From positions 1-64,000 of IMG/VR virus record IMGVR_UViG_3300017917_000894: a DNA stretch of 64,000 bases, one strand, 5' to 3'. A model generated the notes under the pieces. That model searched no databases and was not told where the DNA came from. It saw only the letters and a program-made list of their open reading frames with translations. Both the position numbers and the translations under genes were made by a program. This stretch comes from a virus. Shown here piece by piece: positions 9,178 through 18,905 of the stretch; positions within the stretch are counted from its first letter, which is position 1; each line of letters starts with the position of its first letter.

Positions 9178-9487
9178 CATGATTACTAAAGATGAAGCAT
9201 ACGATATTATTCAACAAATCAATGAAAATGCCCATCAACAAGCATGGGATACATGGGAAGAAGCTGATAATCTAATGGAATCAGATGACGAAGATGATTG
9301 GGAAGCTGCTGAGGAGCTTCGAGATCAAGCATCTACAGAACAATCCAATTATTTTAAAGAAGAGTTCGAGTCGTTAGACGAAGAAACTCAAGAAGCAATA
9401 ATGCATTATGTCGACACAGATGAATCTTTTAGAGAAGAATTTGTAATGTGGTACGGTGAAGATAACTTCGATTCTGATTTCAATTAA
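9161..9487 (+). CDS. very acidic small protein
   Basis: About 37 D/E versus 4 K/R in 108 aa. Confidence 0.7.
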   Translation: MSQENDMITKDEAYDIIQQINENAHQQAWDTWEEADNLMESDDEDDWEAAEELRDQASTEQSNYFKEEFESLDEETQEAIMHYVDTDESFREEFVMWYGEDNFDSDFN

Positions 9488-9496
9488 AGGACAAAT

Positions 9497-9913
9497 ATGG
9501 CTACCTGGAAAATTCAAAACTATCATAAAAAGAATGCCGTCGAAAGACAATTCTGGTCCAAGGACGGAGTTACTGTAACTAAAGACGAAGGGTTTCGTTG
9601 GGGAACGTGGACCTGCGAAAGCGAAGAAAAACCCGATATTGATCTAAATAACCCCGAGGGGTATGAAGTATTATTCGGTGACTATGATTGGGAAATGGAA
9701 GATATGAACGACGGCTGTTGGGTTGAATGGACGTTCCCAGACGATATGCCCGAAGAAGAGCAAGAGCGTATTCAAGCACTCTGGGACGAAGATTGGTTTG
9801 AAGGTCTCGAAGGCGATGGTTGGTCTAACGACGATACTGAGCACTGGATCTACGGTCCTATTCAACTAACCAATGTAGACACCGGCGAAGAATTCATCGG
9901 AGGAGAAGAATAA
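9497..9913 (+). CDS. acidic, Trp-rich hypothetical protein
   Basis: 138 aa with SD AAGGA. Confidence 0.75.
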   Translation: MATWKIQNYHKKNAVERQFWSKDGVTVTKDEGFRWGTWTCESEEKPDIDLNNPEGYEVLFGDYDWEMEDMNDGCWVEWTFPDDMPEEEQERIQALWDEDWFEGLEGDGWSNDDTEHWIYGPIQLTNVDTGEEFIGGEE

Positions 9914-10149
9914 TGGCAACAAAGAAAAAAGCTGAATCTAAACCTACAAAATCTTTACGACAAGTAGAATGGCCCCAAGTAGAAAAGGGCTCACACCTTA
10001 CCGTTTATACTTACGAAAATGGAACGACGACGCTCGAATGGGACGACGAAGCACTGTTAAGAGATGTCCAAAATGCGTTGACAGAGTATGAAAACTCTGC
10101 TAAAGTTAGTACTGTTAAAACTAAACGCAAGAAGAAAAATGAAGCGTGA
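9913..10149 (+). CDS. hypothetical protein
   Basis: TAATG coupling to the upstream gene. Confidence 0.65.
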   Translation: MATKKKAESKPTKSLRQVEWPQVEKGSHLTVYTYENGTTTLEWDDEALLRDVQNALTEYENSAKVSTVKTKRKKKNEA

Positions 10150-10651
10150 TTACGAGAGTGGGTCCGAAAAAGATGTAGTATTCTTTTTCGGACAAGAAGT
10201 CGAACACACACCCGCATTCGGTATGGACACTTTGTTTGTAACCGGTATCCAATCTATTACAACAATCGAATCAAAACTGCGTCCTCATATTAAACATATT
10301 TTCTTCGGAGCTAATCACAGCTTCAATCCACAGACACCAGAAGAACATAGTCGATGGGAAGAAATGATTTATCACTTTCTTGACAAAGATTATCTATGTT
10401 CATTAGATATTCCGATTAATCAAGTCGAAGAATTTCACGAAAGCGGCTATTGCGAATACGATAATTTTATTCCCCAGATCCGTGTACCAATTCCGTATAT
10501 TCGTCTGTGGAACTACAATACTATGTTAAAAATCGACGATAAAGATTTTAAAGCAACCAATCCAGGTGTATGGTCACACAGTCTACATACACTAATGGAT
10601 AGAAAAAATTTTACTGACTGGACAAAATACAAAGGGGATAAAATTCTATGA
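10139..10651 (+). CDS. hypothetical protein within the deazaguanine cluster
   Basis: GQEVEHTPAFG...HIFFGANHSF; ATG10139 preferred over 10088. Confidence 0.75.
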   Translation: MKRDYESGSEKDVVFFFGQEVEHTPAFGMDTLFVTGIQSITTIESKLRPHIKHIFFGANHSFNPQTPEEHSRWEEMIYHFLDKDYLCSLDIPINQVEEFHESGYCEYDNFIPQIRVPIPYIRLWNYNTMLKIDDKDFKATNPGVWSHSLHTLMDRKNFTDWTKYKGDKIL

Positions 10652-10827
10652 TTACATCTAAAGTTACAAAACAAGCCGACAAATTGAGCACCGAGGAGAA
10701 GTTCCTAAAGTTGCTCGAAGGTATTGACTGGAAGTTGTGGGAAATTTATAATATGATGAAAGACAACCTTCCAGAAAAGCCCAAGGCTCTGTCCAAGCCA
10801 AGAAATACTGCTAAAAAAGGTGAATAA
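10648..10827 (+). CDS. 59-aa hypothetical protein
   Basis: MITSKV...IDWKLWEIYNMM...KKGE; ATGA and TAATG overlaps; absent from the track. Confidence 0.65.
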   Translation: MITSKVTKQADKLSTEEKFLKLLEGIDWKLWEIYNMMKDNLPEKPKALSKPRNTAKKGE

Positions 10828-11030
10828 TGACCGAAGCTATTATCAAAGATAGTGCCGGATTTAGACTTTCTATTAAAAAGTGGAAATGTCTAAGACCTGC
10901 CGATATGAATGCTGTTGAATTTATTCAACAATCTAAAAATAAAGACGGCGAGGTTGATATGTCATCCACGTATCAATTTTTTATGACCGATAACGAAATT
11001 CAACTTCTTTGCAAAGAATTGATCAAATGA
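10827..11030 (+). CDS. hypothetical protein
   Basis: 67 aa, translationally coupled. Confidence 0.6.
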   Translation: MTEAIIKDSAGFRLSIKKWKCLRPADMNAVEFIQQSKNKDGEVDMSSTYQFFMTDNEIQLLCKELIK

Positions 11031-11413
11031 GCAATGAACTTAATATGATATGGGTTACCTTTCGTAAAGAAGGTATTCACATGTATCCGGCAGCAAATTA
11101 TGACCCTAGACTTAAAACAGGCGACGAATACGACGTTAGTTTCCTCGGTACTCCGCATCGTCACATCTTCCATTTTAAAGTCTACATTCAAGTATTTCAC
11201 GATGATCGTGATATTGAGTTTATTCAGTTTAAACGTTGGCTAGAAAAGTGCTACAACGATGGCACACTTGAGCTCAACCACAAATCCTGCGAGATGATTA
11301 GCCATGATCTTCATGCAATCATTAAAGCAAGATATCCGGCTCGCGAGATCTGGATTGACGTAAGTGAAGACGGCGAAAATGGCTGCTTCATTAAATTTCC
11401 ATCAACTCTTTAA
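11027..11413 (+). CDS. QueD-like / 6-pyruvoyl-tetrahydropterin synthase-like T-fold protein
   Basis: EGIH..., HRHIFHF, SCEMI, VSEDGENG: His/His/His and Glu pattern of the PTPS fold. Confidence 0.7.
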   Translation: MSNELNMIWVTFRKEGIHMYPAANYDPRLKTGDEYDVSFLGTPHRHIFHFKVYIQVFHDDRDIEFIQFKRWLEKCYNDGTLELNHKSCEMISHDLHAIIKARYPAREIWIDVSEDGENGCFIKFPSTL

Positions 11414-11430
11414 TTCAAACATAAAATAAA

Positions 11431-11652
11431 ATGGCACAACCTGCTTATATTCAAAAAACTCTTCGTATGAAACCGGAAGTTGAAAAGATCTTTGATGACC
11501 TCGATGCGTGGCTCGATCATTGTCGATTTAATCTTCTTAATTATGATCCTAGGGATCTTTACAGAAGTAAAGAATATAAAGAATTTGCTCGTGGGCAAAA
11601 TTACTCCTATTCCGATAGAAGGCCTCGTAAATTTAATAAGAGCAAAGAATGA
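11431..11652 (+). CDS. hypothetical protein
   Basis: 73 aa, coupled to the glycosyltransferase. Confidence 0.65.
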   Translation: MAQPAYIQKTLRMKPEVEKIFDDLDAWLDHCRFNLLNYDPRDLYRSKEYKEFARGQNYSYSDRRPRKFNKSKE

Positions 11653-12722
11653 CAATCTTTCTTATTGATATCGAAGCAGTAGAAACTCGATACACAGGAC
11701 AATGGAAAAAGCATGTACCAGAACTTCTTAAAAGGACAGGACATCAAATTCAAGTTATCAGTGGTCCTGAAGATATTCCTAGTGCCACTACTCCTGGCGC
11801 CTTTCTCAATTTTGGTGGGACTAATATCTATAAGTCTAGCCAAGTTGAGCAAATGGGTCGTTTATTTTGCTCCGGAGCAATTAAGCCTGGCGATCATTTT
11901 TTGTTTACTGATGCTTGGCATCCTGGCATCATTAATCTAAAATACATGAGCGAACTTCTTGGCATTCCTGTCAAGATTCATGCTCTGTGGCACGCTGGGT
12001 CATATGATCCTCAAGACTTTTTAGGTAGACTCATCGGTAATACTCCGTGGGTTAGACATGCTGAGAAAAGCTTCTTTCAAGCTATTGACTATAACTACTT
12101 TGCTACTAAGTTTCATATCGAAATGTTCATGGAAAACCTGCTAAATGTTGATTTTAGAACAGGTGCTATGAGATATATGAACGACGGTACAATTGTACAA
12201 ACTGGTTGGCCAATGGAATATATGGACGATGCTCTTACGGTATATAAGAATATGCCTAAAAGAGATCTTATTCTATTTCCACATCGTATAGCACCTGAGA
12301 AGCAAGTTGAGATATTTAGAGATCTCAAAGAACAGCTACCACAATATGAATTCATTGTATGTCAAGATCAACAATTGACTAAAAATGAATATCATAACTT
12401 GTTAGGAGAAAGTAAGATTGTCTTTAGTGCTAATCTTCAAGAAACACTAGGTATCAGTTGTTATGAAGGTGCTATTGTTGATGCTATTCCAATGGTTCCA
12501 GATCGACTAAGCTATAGTGAAATGTATCACGAAGGATTTAAATATCCCTCGGAATGGACTAAAGATTGGAATAGCTATCTTGCACACAGACAACAATTAT
12601 GTCATCATATCATTGTGACTATGACTCATTATGAAAAACGTATTCCGCAGGTAAGAAAACTTGCCAGCGATCTTAAAGAATACTTTTTTAGTGCAGACAA
12701 ATTATTGGAAAATCTAAAATGA
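11649..12722 (+). CDS. GT-B glycosyltransferase (GT4-like)
   Basis: FPHRIAPEKQ and ETLGISCYEG (EX7E) ... VPDRLSYSE. Confidence 0.85.
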   Translation: MTIFLIDIEAVETRYTGQWKKHVPELLKRTGHQIQVISGPEDIPSATTPGAFLNFGGTNIYKSSQVEQMGRLFCSGAIKPGDHFLFTDAWHPGIINLKYMSELLGIPVKIHALWHAGSYDPQDFLGRLIGNTPWVRHAEKSFFQAIDYNYFATKFHIEMFMENLLNVDFRTGAMRYMNDGTIVQTGWPMEYMDDALTVYKNMPKRDLILFPHRIAPEKQVEIFRDLKEQLPQYEFIVCQDQQLTKNEYHNLLGESKIVFSANLQETLGISCYEGAIVDAIPMVPDRLSYSEMYHEGFKYPSEWTKDWNSYLAHRQQLCHHIIVTMTHYEKRIPQVRKLASDLKEYFFSADKLLENLK

Positions 12723-13195
12723 AATGGTTGTTAAATACATTAGAACGATTAGGTCGTAAACGAATTGTATTAGATAGACAAAGCAATGAGCCGTATCTCG
12801 AACGTTATTATGTATTTCTCCGCGACAGAAAGCGGTTTCCATTCAATGTGTTCCTGCACAAGTTTCTTAAATCAGATCCCGATGATGTGCATGATCATCC
12901 ATGGCCTTACGCTACTTTAATTCTTAAAGGCGGATATTACGAATGGATTCCGCAGTTCGCCGCTAACGGTAAAAAAATCGGTGAAGTACGAAAGTGGCGC
13001 GGCCCCGGTCATTTCCGTGTATGCAGTGCTACTTCTTACCATCGTATTGAGCTGTGCGAAAGTGTAGAGTGTTGGACACTGTTCATGCCGGGACCTCAAA
13101 AAAGAGAATGGGGATTCTTAGTTCCTGGTCAAGAACACGATCGTTGGATTCACAACGATATCTATCTAACTCACAGAGCTATCAAAAATGATTGA
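12719..13195 (+). CDS. cupin-fold protein
   Basis: HDHPW...ILKGGYYE...HRIEL. Confidence 0.7.
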   Translation: MKWLLNTLERLGRKRIVLDRQSNEPYLERYYVFLRDRKRFPFNVFLHKFLKSDPDDVHDHPWPYATLILKGGYYEWIPQFAANGKKIGEVRKWRGPGHFRVCSATSYHRIELCESVECWTLFMPGPQKREWGFLVPGQEHDRWIHNDIYLTHRAIKND

Positions 13196-13571
13196 TACAA
13201 TTTTTAATCATCTCCCTAACGATAAAGATGACAGTAATGCTCCATGGAATAATATTGTAAAAGAAGATTTTCATGTTGCAGTTTATCTCGATAAGTATCC
13301 CGTAAATCCAGGTCATCTTTTATTTGTCCCGAAGTATAACACCATCGGAGTTCTTCGTGAAGCATTTGAAGATGCCGTGCGTCACGGAAAAAACAAAGTC
13401 GACGACGGTGAATGGGACGGATTTAATATTGGCCTTAATTACGGTAGAGCAGCAGGACAAACGGTTGATTGGCCGCATATCCATCTAATTCCGCGATTTA
13501 AAGGAGATATGGAAGACCCCACTGGGGGCGTTCGCCATGTTATTCCGGAAAAGGGAAACTATAAAAAATGA
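13188..13571 (+). CDS. HIT family nucleotide hydrolase
   Basis: [25 protein letters not shown]. Confidence 0.92.
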   Translation: MIDTIFNHLPNDKDDSNAPWNNIVKEDFHVAVYLDKYPVNPGHLLFVPKYNTIGVLREAFEDAVRHGKNKVDDGEWDGFNIGLNYGRAAGQTVDWPHIHLIPRFKGDMEDPTGGVRHVIPEKGNYKK

Positions 13572-14671
13572 GAATCGAAGACGAAGTCAAACTCGATTTT
13601 AAAGACGTGCTTATCCGCCCTAAGCGTAGCACACTATCAAGTCGTAAAGAAGTTGAACTAAAACGTACATATAAATTTAAACACAGTGGCTGGGAGTGGA
13701 CCGGTGTTCCTGTCATGGCTGCTAATATGGACGGAGTCGGCACATTTGACATGGCCGCAGAATTGTACGAACACAGGATGTTTACATGTCTTGTTAAAAG
13801 TTATTCTTTAGAAGACTTTGTCAATAAACAAGAAATTACATTCGGCAATTACTGTGCTGTAAGTACAGGCACTAGTGATCGCGACTGGACTAAGCTTCAA
13901 CAGATATTAAATACTTTTCCAGAATTACATTTTGTCTGTATTGATGTGGCTAACGGTTACAGTGAGCACTTCGGCGACTTTGTTGCTAAAGTTCGAGAAA
14001 GATACCCAACACATACAATTATCGCAGGAAATGTAGTTACTGCTGATATGACACAGGAGTTAATTCTACGTGGAGCCGATATTGTTAAAGTGGGCATTGG
14101 CCCTGGTAGCGTTTGTACTACTCGTATTCAAACTGGCGTTGGCTATCCTCAGCTTTCTGCAATCATCGAATGTGCGGACGCTGCTCATGGTCTTGGTGGA
14201 CACATTATTGCTGATGGCGGTTGTGCTTGTCCTGGGGATGTCGCTAAAGCCTTCGGAGCTGGCGCAGATTTTGTAATGCTAGGTGGCATGTTAGCCGGTC
14301 ATGATGAAGGCGGTGGCAATGTGATCACTAAGTATATCAAAACTAATGAACTAGATCCGATTCCGAGAATGAGCGGTATCGATTACAACTACGAATTTCC
14401 TAAAATTGAAGAAAAGAAATTTATACAATTTTACGGAATGAGCTCAGACACTGCAATGAATAAGCACAGCGGTGGAGTAGCTGAATACCGGAGTAGTGAA
14501 GGAAGGACTGTATCTATCCCTTATAAGGGTGCTGTAAAAAACACTGTGTTAGATCTTCTTGGAGGATTGCGTAGCACCTGCACTTATGTAGGAGCACCTA
14601 GCCTAAAACAGTTGAGTAAATGCACTACATTTATTAGAGTCAATAGACAAATTAACGATGTTTTTCTATAA
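13568..14671 (+). CDS. guaC: GMP reductase
   Basis: [49 protein letters not shown]. Confidence 0.95.
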   Translation: MRIEDEVKLDFKDVLIRPKRSTLSSRKEVELKRTYKFKHSGWEWTGVPVMAANMDGVGTFDMAAELYEHRMFTCLVKSYSLEDFVNKQEITFGNYCAVSTGTSDRDWTKLQQILNTFPELHFVCIDVANGYSEHFGDFVAKVRERYPTHTIIAGNVVTADMTQELILRGADIVKVGIGPGSVCTTRIQTGVGYPQLSAIIECADAAHGLGGHIIADGGCACPGDVAKAFGAGADFVMLGGMLAGHDEGGGNVITKYIKTNELDPIPRMSGIDYNYEFPKIEEKKFIQFYGMSSDTAMNKHSGGVAEYRSSEGRTVSIPYKGAVKNTVLDLLGGLRSTCTYVGAPSLKQLSKCTTFIRVNRQINDVFL

Positions 14672-15556
14672 GAGAAATTTTGTTATTTGTTGATCTGCTC
14701 CATTGATACAAGAAATCATTTTACAAACCTGCGGTTCAACAGGCAATTCGAAACTTTTAAAAATATTTCCGTATTGCCCGTTGTTACAATTGCTTCCGTT
14801 AAGCCAACCGTCATGTGAAATACGTATTGTTTCAATCCCTAAATTACACAATTGACCTGTAAAACTAGGATTGTTTGCTACTGCTAGATCTTGTTTTTCC
14901 ACAAATGTCAAGGGAACTTCTCTAAAATTATTTTCAACCCACTCTTTTCCAAAGAGTATTTCTTGTTGCTCTTTAGTATAAGGGTAAAGACCCCCGAAGG
15001 TATCGGCCTGTATATACAGCGGAGTTTTGTTAACATAAATTCCATGTTCTTGTTCTAAATCACTAGCCCGTCGGCAGTCTTGCTCAAAAAAGTCATGCCT
15101 TATAGGCACCGAAATATTTAGAGTTTTATTTTTACTTTGAAATATCTGTATAATAAATCTAACTAAATTAGGATTTTGCCAATAGTGATAGGTTAGATCT
15201 AGATGATCAATATAAGGTTCTACTGCCCACCAGTTTAACCACATCTTTCCGCCGGCAGTTTTCAAATACATTGTAGAGTTTTCTGTTTTACAGATTTTTA
15301 ACAATTCGGGAAAATCAAAAAATTCTAATAACTCTCCTCCGTCAAAATTCCAATGTATGGCCCTATCTAATCGTGCATAATGATCAACAATTCTTCTAGC
15401 TACAATTAAATAGGTTTCAATGCTTTCTGGCTTATCGCCGCCCCAAAATTTTGACGGGCAATAAGAACAACCACCTGTACAATAATTGGTTATGTTCCAA
15501 AAAACTTTTACGTGTTTATTCATAAGTTCTAAATAATGTTGACTTTTATTCAACAT
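14666..15556 (-). CDS. radical SAM protein with C-terminal twitch/SPASM-like cysteines
   Basis: CTGGCSYC (CxxxCxxC), GGE, then CNLG...CNN...CKMISC. Confidence 0.8.
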   Translation of the reverse strand: MLNKSQHYLELMNKHVKVFWNITNYCTGGCSYCPSKFWGGDKPESIETYLIVARRIVDHYARLDRAIHWNFDGGELLEFFDFPELLKICKTENSTMYLKTAGGKMWLNWWAVEPYIDHLDLTYHYWQNPNLVRFIIQIFQSKNKTLNISVPIRHDFFEQDCRRASDLEQEHGIYVNKTPLYIQADTFGGLYPYTKEQQEILFGKEWVENNFREVPLTFVEKQDLAVANNPSFTGQLCNLGIETIRISHDGWLNGSNCNNGQYGNIFKSFELPVEPQVCKMISCINGADQQITKFLL

Positions 15557-15567
15557 TCAGTTAATAT
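15539..15567 (+). promoter_or_regulatory. sigma70-like promoter for queE with an overlapping inverted repeat
   Basis: TTGACT-17-TAATAT; inverted repeat AATGTTGA 15535-15542 / TCAACATT 15550-15557. Confidence 0.5.
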
Positions 15568-15591
15568 TGTAATTATCATTAAAGGTAAAGA

Positions 15592-16446
15592 ATGGCTAAA
15601 ATTAAAATAAGCGAACTATTTTATAGTATCCAAGGCGAAGGACGGTACATGGGTGTACCTAGTGTCTTTTTAAGAACATTCGGATGTAATTTTACATGCG
15701 ACGGATTCGGTATGCCGAGAGGCGAGAAAACTAACGAACGACATGCTATTGCAGAGCGTGTCTTAGAATTTAAACAATATCGAGACCTGCCTCTTGTAAG
15801 CACCGGGTGCGATTCTTATGCCAGTTGGGATCCTAGATTCAAAGACCTTTCTCCATTGCTCACAACAGACAGTATTGCAGAAAGTATCTGCGAAATATTG
15901 CCACACAAGGAATGGCGAGATGAACATTTAGTTATTACCGGCGGCGAACCTTTGCTTGGCTGGCAGAAACAATATCCTGCATTGTTAGATCACCCTAAGA
16001 TGCAGAATCTTAAAGAGATTACGTTTGAGACTAATGGCACAATGAGGCTAACTAGTGCATTTAAAGAATACCTAGTTAAATGGCTAATGCCTCGTCCAGA
16101 ATTTGAAAGAGAAATTACCTTTAGTGTCAGTGCTAAACTGCCAGTTAGTGGAGAACCGTGGGACGATGCTATCAAACCCGAAGTAGTCTGTGATTATGAA
16201 AATTACGGAACGGTATATCTAAAATTTGTTATTGCTACAGAACAAGACTTTGCTGATGCAGAGTGTGCAATTGCCGCATATCGCAGTGCAGGATTTACTG
16301 GACATGTTTATCTAATGCCAGTTGGCGGAGTGGAAAGCGTATACAGTCTTAATAATCGTCGTGTAGCGGAATTAGCAATGAAACACGGATTGAGATATTC
16401 AGACCGATTACAGGTTCCGTTGTTTAAAAATGAGTGGGGTACCTAA
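15592..16446 (+). CDS. queE: 7-carboxy-7-deazaguanine synthase
   Basis: ELFYSIQGEG, FLRTFGCNFTC...GCDS, ITGGEP, ETNG, RLQ. Confidence 0.85.
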   Translation: MAKIKISELFYSIQGEGRYMGVPSVFLRTFGCNFTCDGFGMPRGEKTNERHAIAERVLEFKQYRDLPLVSTGCDSYASWDPRFKDLSPLLTTDSIAESICEILPHKEWRDEHLVITGGEPLLGWQKQYPALLDHPKMQNLKEITFETNGTMRLTSAFKEYLVKWLMPRPEFEREITFSVSAKLPVSGEPWDDAIKPEVVCDYENYGTVYLKFVIATEQDFADAECAIAAYRSAGFTGHVYLMPVGGVESVYSLNNRRVAELAMKHGLRYSDRLQVPLFKNEWGT

Positions 16447-16892
16447 TGCAAAAACTTGTAAGAAAATTTTTCGGTATTGATAAAATTGAATCCGAAATAG
16501 CAGAAGCTACTAGACAAAAATTAGAAGCAGAAGTTGCCGCAAAGGAAGCTCTCAAAGCCGCCGATTTGGCAAAAGAACAAGAACGACTAGCAAAATTAAC
16601 ACCTAAAGAATTAGCCACCGAAAATAAAGAACCTTGGGTAGCCGTTTTAGATACTCATGTAAACAAAGACAATATTAGAAATGGTTTTTTCGAACTTGAC
16701 TGGAATGAGTATTTTGTGTTAGAATTAAGACAAGCTGGATACACTGGCGAAACTGAAGAAGCTGTAGTAGATCAATGGTTCCAAGAACTTTGTAGGAATG
16801 TTGGCGCCGAAGCTAACATTAATATGGATCGTAGAGGCAGCGGATTTATCAATGTAAACAATTTAGGCGACGGACGTTCGGAAATTAGTTAA
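16446..16892 (+). CDS. hypothetical protein
   Basis: TAATG coupling; KEPWV...GFFELDWNE. Confidence 0.7.
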   Translation: MQKLVRKFFGIDKIESEIAEATRQKLEAEVAAKEALKAADLAKEQERLAKLTPKELATENKEPWVAVLDTHVNKDNIRNGFFELDWNEYFVLELRQAGYTGETEEAVVDQWFQELCRNVGAEANINMDRRGSGFINVNNLGDGRSEIS

Positions 16893-17881
16893 TGAAAACT
16901 TACATTCTGGTTGACACTGCAAATACATTTTTTAGAGCTCGGCATGTTGTTCGGGGGAGTCTTGAAGACAAAGTTGGTATGAGCTTACATACTGTTCTCG
17001 GCAGTGTTCGCAAGGCTTGGCGAGATTTTAATGGCGATCACGTGGTGTTCTGTCTCGAAGGCAGATCGTGGCGTAAGGATTACTACGAACCCTATAAGCG
17101 TCAACGTTCCGAAGCTCGTGCCGCACAGAGTCCTAGAGAAGCAGAAGAAGATCGAGTGTTCTGGGAAACTTTTGATCAGTTCAAAGATTTTGTTATCAAT
17201 AAAACTAATACCACGGTATTGCATAATACTCAGCTCGAAGCCGATGATCTTATTGCAGGCTGGATTAGATTGCACCCGCACGATAATCACGTTGTCATTA
17301 GTACGGATGGAGACTTTGCACAACTGATTGCGCCCAATGTACGACAGTACAACGGTGTCACTGGAATTACTACCACACACGAAGGGTACTTTGACGAAAA
17401 AGGTAAACCTGTTGTAGATAAGAAAACTAAACAAGTAAAGCCGGCACCTGATCCAGAATGGCTGCTATTTGAAAAATGCATGAGAGGAGATCCCAGTGAC
17501 AATATCTTTAGTGCGTATCCGGGTGTAAGAGAAAAAGGAACCAAATCTAAGGTCGGTCTTAGAGAAGCGTTTGCTGATCGAAATACAAAAGGATACAACT
17601 GGAATAATCTCATGCTCCAACGATGGGTAGACCATGAAGGAGTAGAGCACCGAGTACTCGACGATTATTCAAGAAACAGTATGCTCTGCGATCTGACTGC
17701 ACAGCCAGAAAATATTAAACAAATTATCGATCAAACTATTTTAGCCGAAGAACACAAGGTTAAAAATATAGCCCAGGTAGGTATTAGACTACTTAAATTT
17801 TGTTCTGAATATGATCTTCAAAAGATCAGTGAACAAGTGCAGAGCTATGCAGAACCGTTGAATGCGAGGTACGCCGAATGA
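16892..17881 (+). CDS. rnh: T4 RNase H-like 5'-3' exonuclease
   Basis: LVDTAN, SWRK, EADD, STDGDFAQL, GDPSDNI. Confidence 0.9.
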   Translation: MKTYILVDTANTFFRARHVVRGSLEDKVGMSLHTVLGSVRKAWRDFNGDHVVFCLEGRSWRKDYYEPYKRQRSEARAAQSPREAEEDRVFWETFDQFKDFVINKTNTTVLHNTQLEADDLIAGWIRLHPHDNHVVISTDGDFAQLIAPNVRQYNGVTGITTTHEGYFDEKGKPVVDKKTKQVKPAPDPEWLLFEKCMRGDPSDNIFSAYPGVREKGTKSKVGLREAFADRNTKGYNWNNLMLQRWVDHEGVEHRVLDDYSRNSMLCDLTAQPENIKQIIDQTILAEEHKVKNIAQVGIRLLKFCSEYDLQKISEQVQSYAEPLNARYAE

Positions 17882-18348
17882 ATGCAGTAAGTAAAGTTAT
17901 AATTCCTAATAAAGAATGGATCATTAAAAATGATTCTCAAAAAATAGGCACTATTGCTAAGGGAAAAAAAGGATATTCTTTTTACCGCAAAGGTCAAAAA
18001 TTTGAATTTAAATCCCTAGACGATATTAAGAAAGAAATCGATCTTCCCATTCTTGAGGATGCTCAAAAATCTGCGGTTGACGAAATAGTAAATTCTATCT
18101 ATGGATATCCTTGCAGTTCTCGACCGTTTGAACCTGTTTATAATGTAAAAAAGAAATTGCCCCTGTTTGCAAAAAGTTCTAAAAGCAAGAGTCAATATTG
18201 TGCAGGCTACTATGTAATTAAATTTCGTAAGGGATGGGTTAAGAGCTTTTGTCCTAAACTAATTACATTAGAAAGATATCCATTTCACGGTCCTTACAAA
18301 ACTGAAATGGAAATGAGGTCTATTTTAAATGTAGTTAATAAAATATGA
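17878..18348 (+). CDS. hypothetical protein
   Basis: 156 aa, ATGA overlap. Confidence 0.7.
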   Translation: MNAVSKVIIPNKEWIIKNDSQKIGTIAKGKKGYSFYRKGQKFEFKSLDDIKKEIDLPILEDAQKSAVDEIVNSIYGYPCSSRPFEPVYNVKKKLPLFAKSSKSKSQYCAGYYVIKFRKGWVKSFCPKLITLERYPFHGPYKTEMEMRSILNVVNKI

Positions 18349-18566
18349 AACAACTAAACACCCTTCCAATAGAAGACTTCTTAGATAAGACACGATTAGC
18401 CATAAAAAGCAATCAAAAAAGCCTAACTTTAACCATAAAAGAGGCCACAGATCTTCAAAATAGCCTTGCATTAGTGATGACCAGACTAGCAGGACATTTA
18501 GATCATTTAAATCAAAATCCTCCAGAGGAAATGATCCAGGTAAACCTTAATGGGGGAAAATTCTAA
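18345..18566 (+). CDS. hypothetical protein
   Basis: 73 aa; overlaps the upstream stop. Confidence 0.6.
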   Translation: MKQLNTLPIEDFLDKTRLAIKSNQKSLTLTIKEATDLQNSLALVMTRLAGHLDHLNQNPPEEMIQVNLNGGKF

Positions 18567-18605
18567 ATTGGAATAAATATATACGCACTTTTTAAGGAAG
18601 CGTAT

Positions 18606-18905
18606 ATGAGTCGGCCGAAACCGAAAGTTTTATTAGAGATAACCAATAAGAAAAACTATAAAACTGAACAAGTTTTAGAAGCCGATGCTATTTGGGCAGT
18701 TTTTTATCAAGACAAACCGATAAATCTCAAAACTAGCAGTTTCATTGCCCAACAAATTGGTCCCAAGTATAAAAAAGTTAGTTTTTCCAATAGCGGTCAC
18801 GCCTTTAATCTTGCGGAAAAATTAAACAAAATGTTCAATTCCACAGAGTTTTCCGTATACAAACTTACAACAGGAACCAAGGTCGAGGATGAATCAGAAG
18901 TTTGA
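18606..18905 (+). CDS. hypothetical phage protein
   Basis: 99 aa with SD AAGGA; preceded by a late-like AATAAATA at 18572-18579. Confidence 0.7.
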   Translation: MSRPKPKVLLEITNKKNYKTEQVLEADAIWAVFYQDKPINLKTSSFIAQQIGPKYKKVSFSNSGHAFNLAEKLNKMFNSTEFSVYKLTTGTKVEDESEV

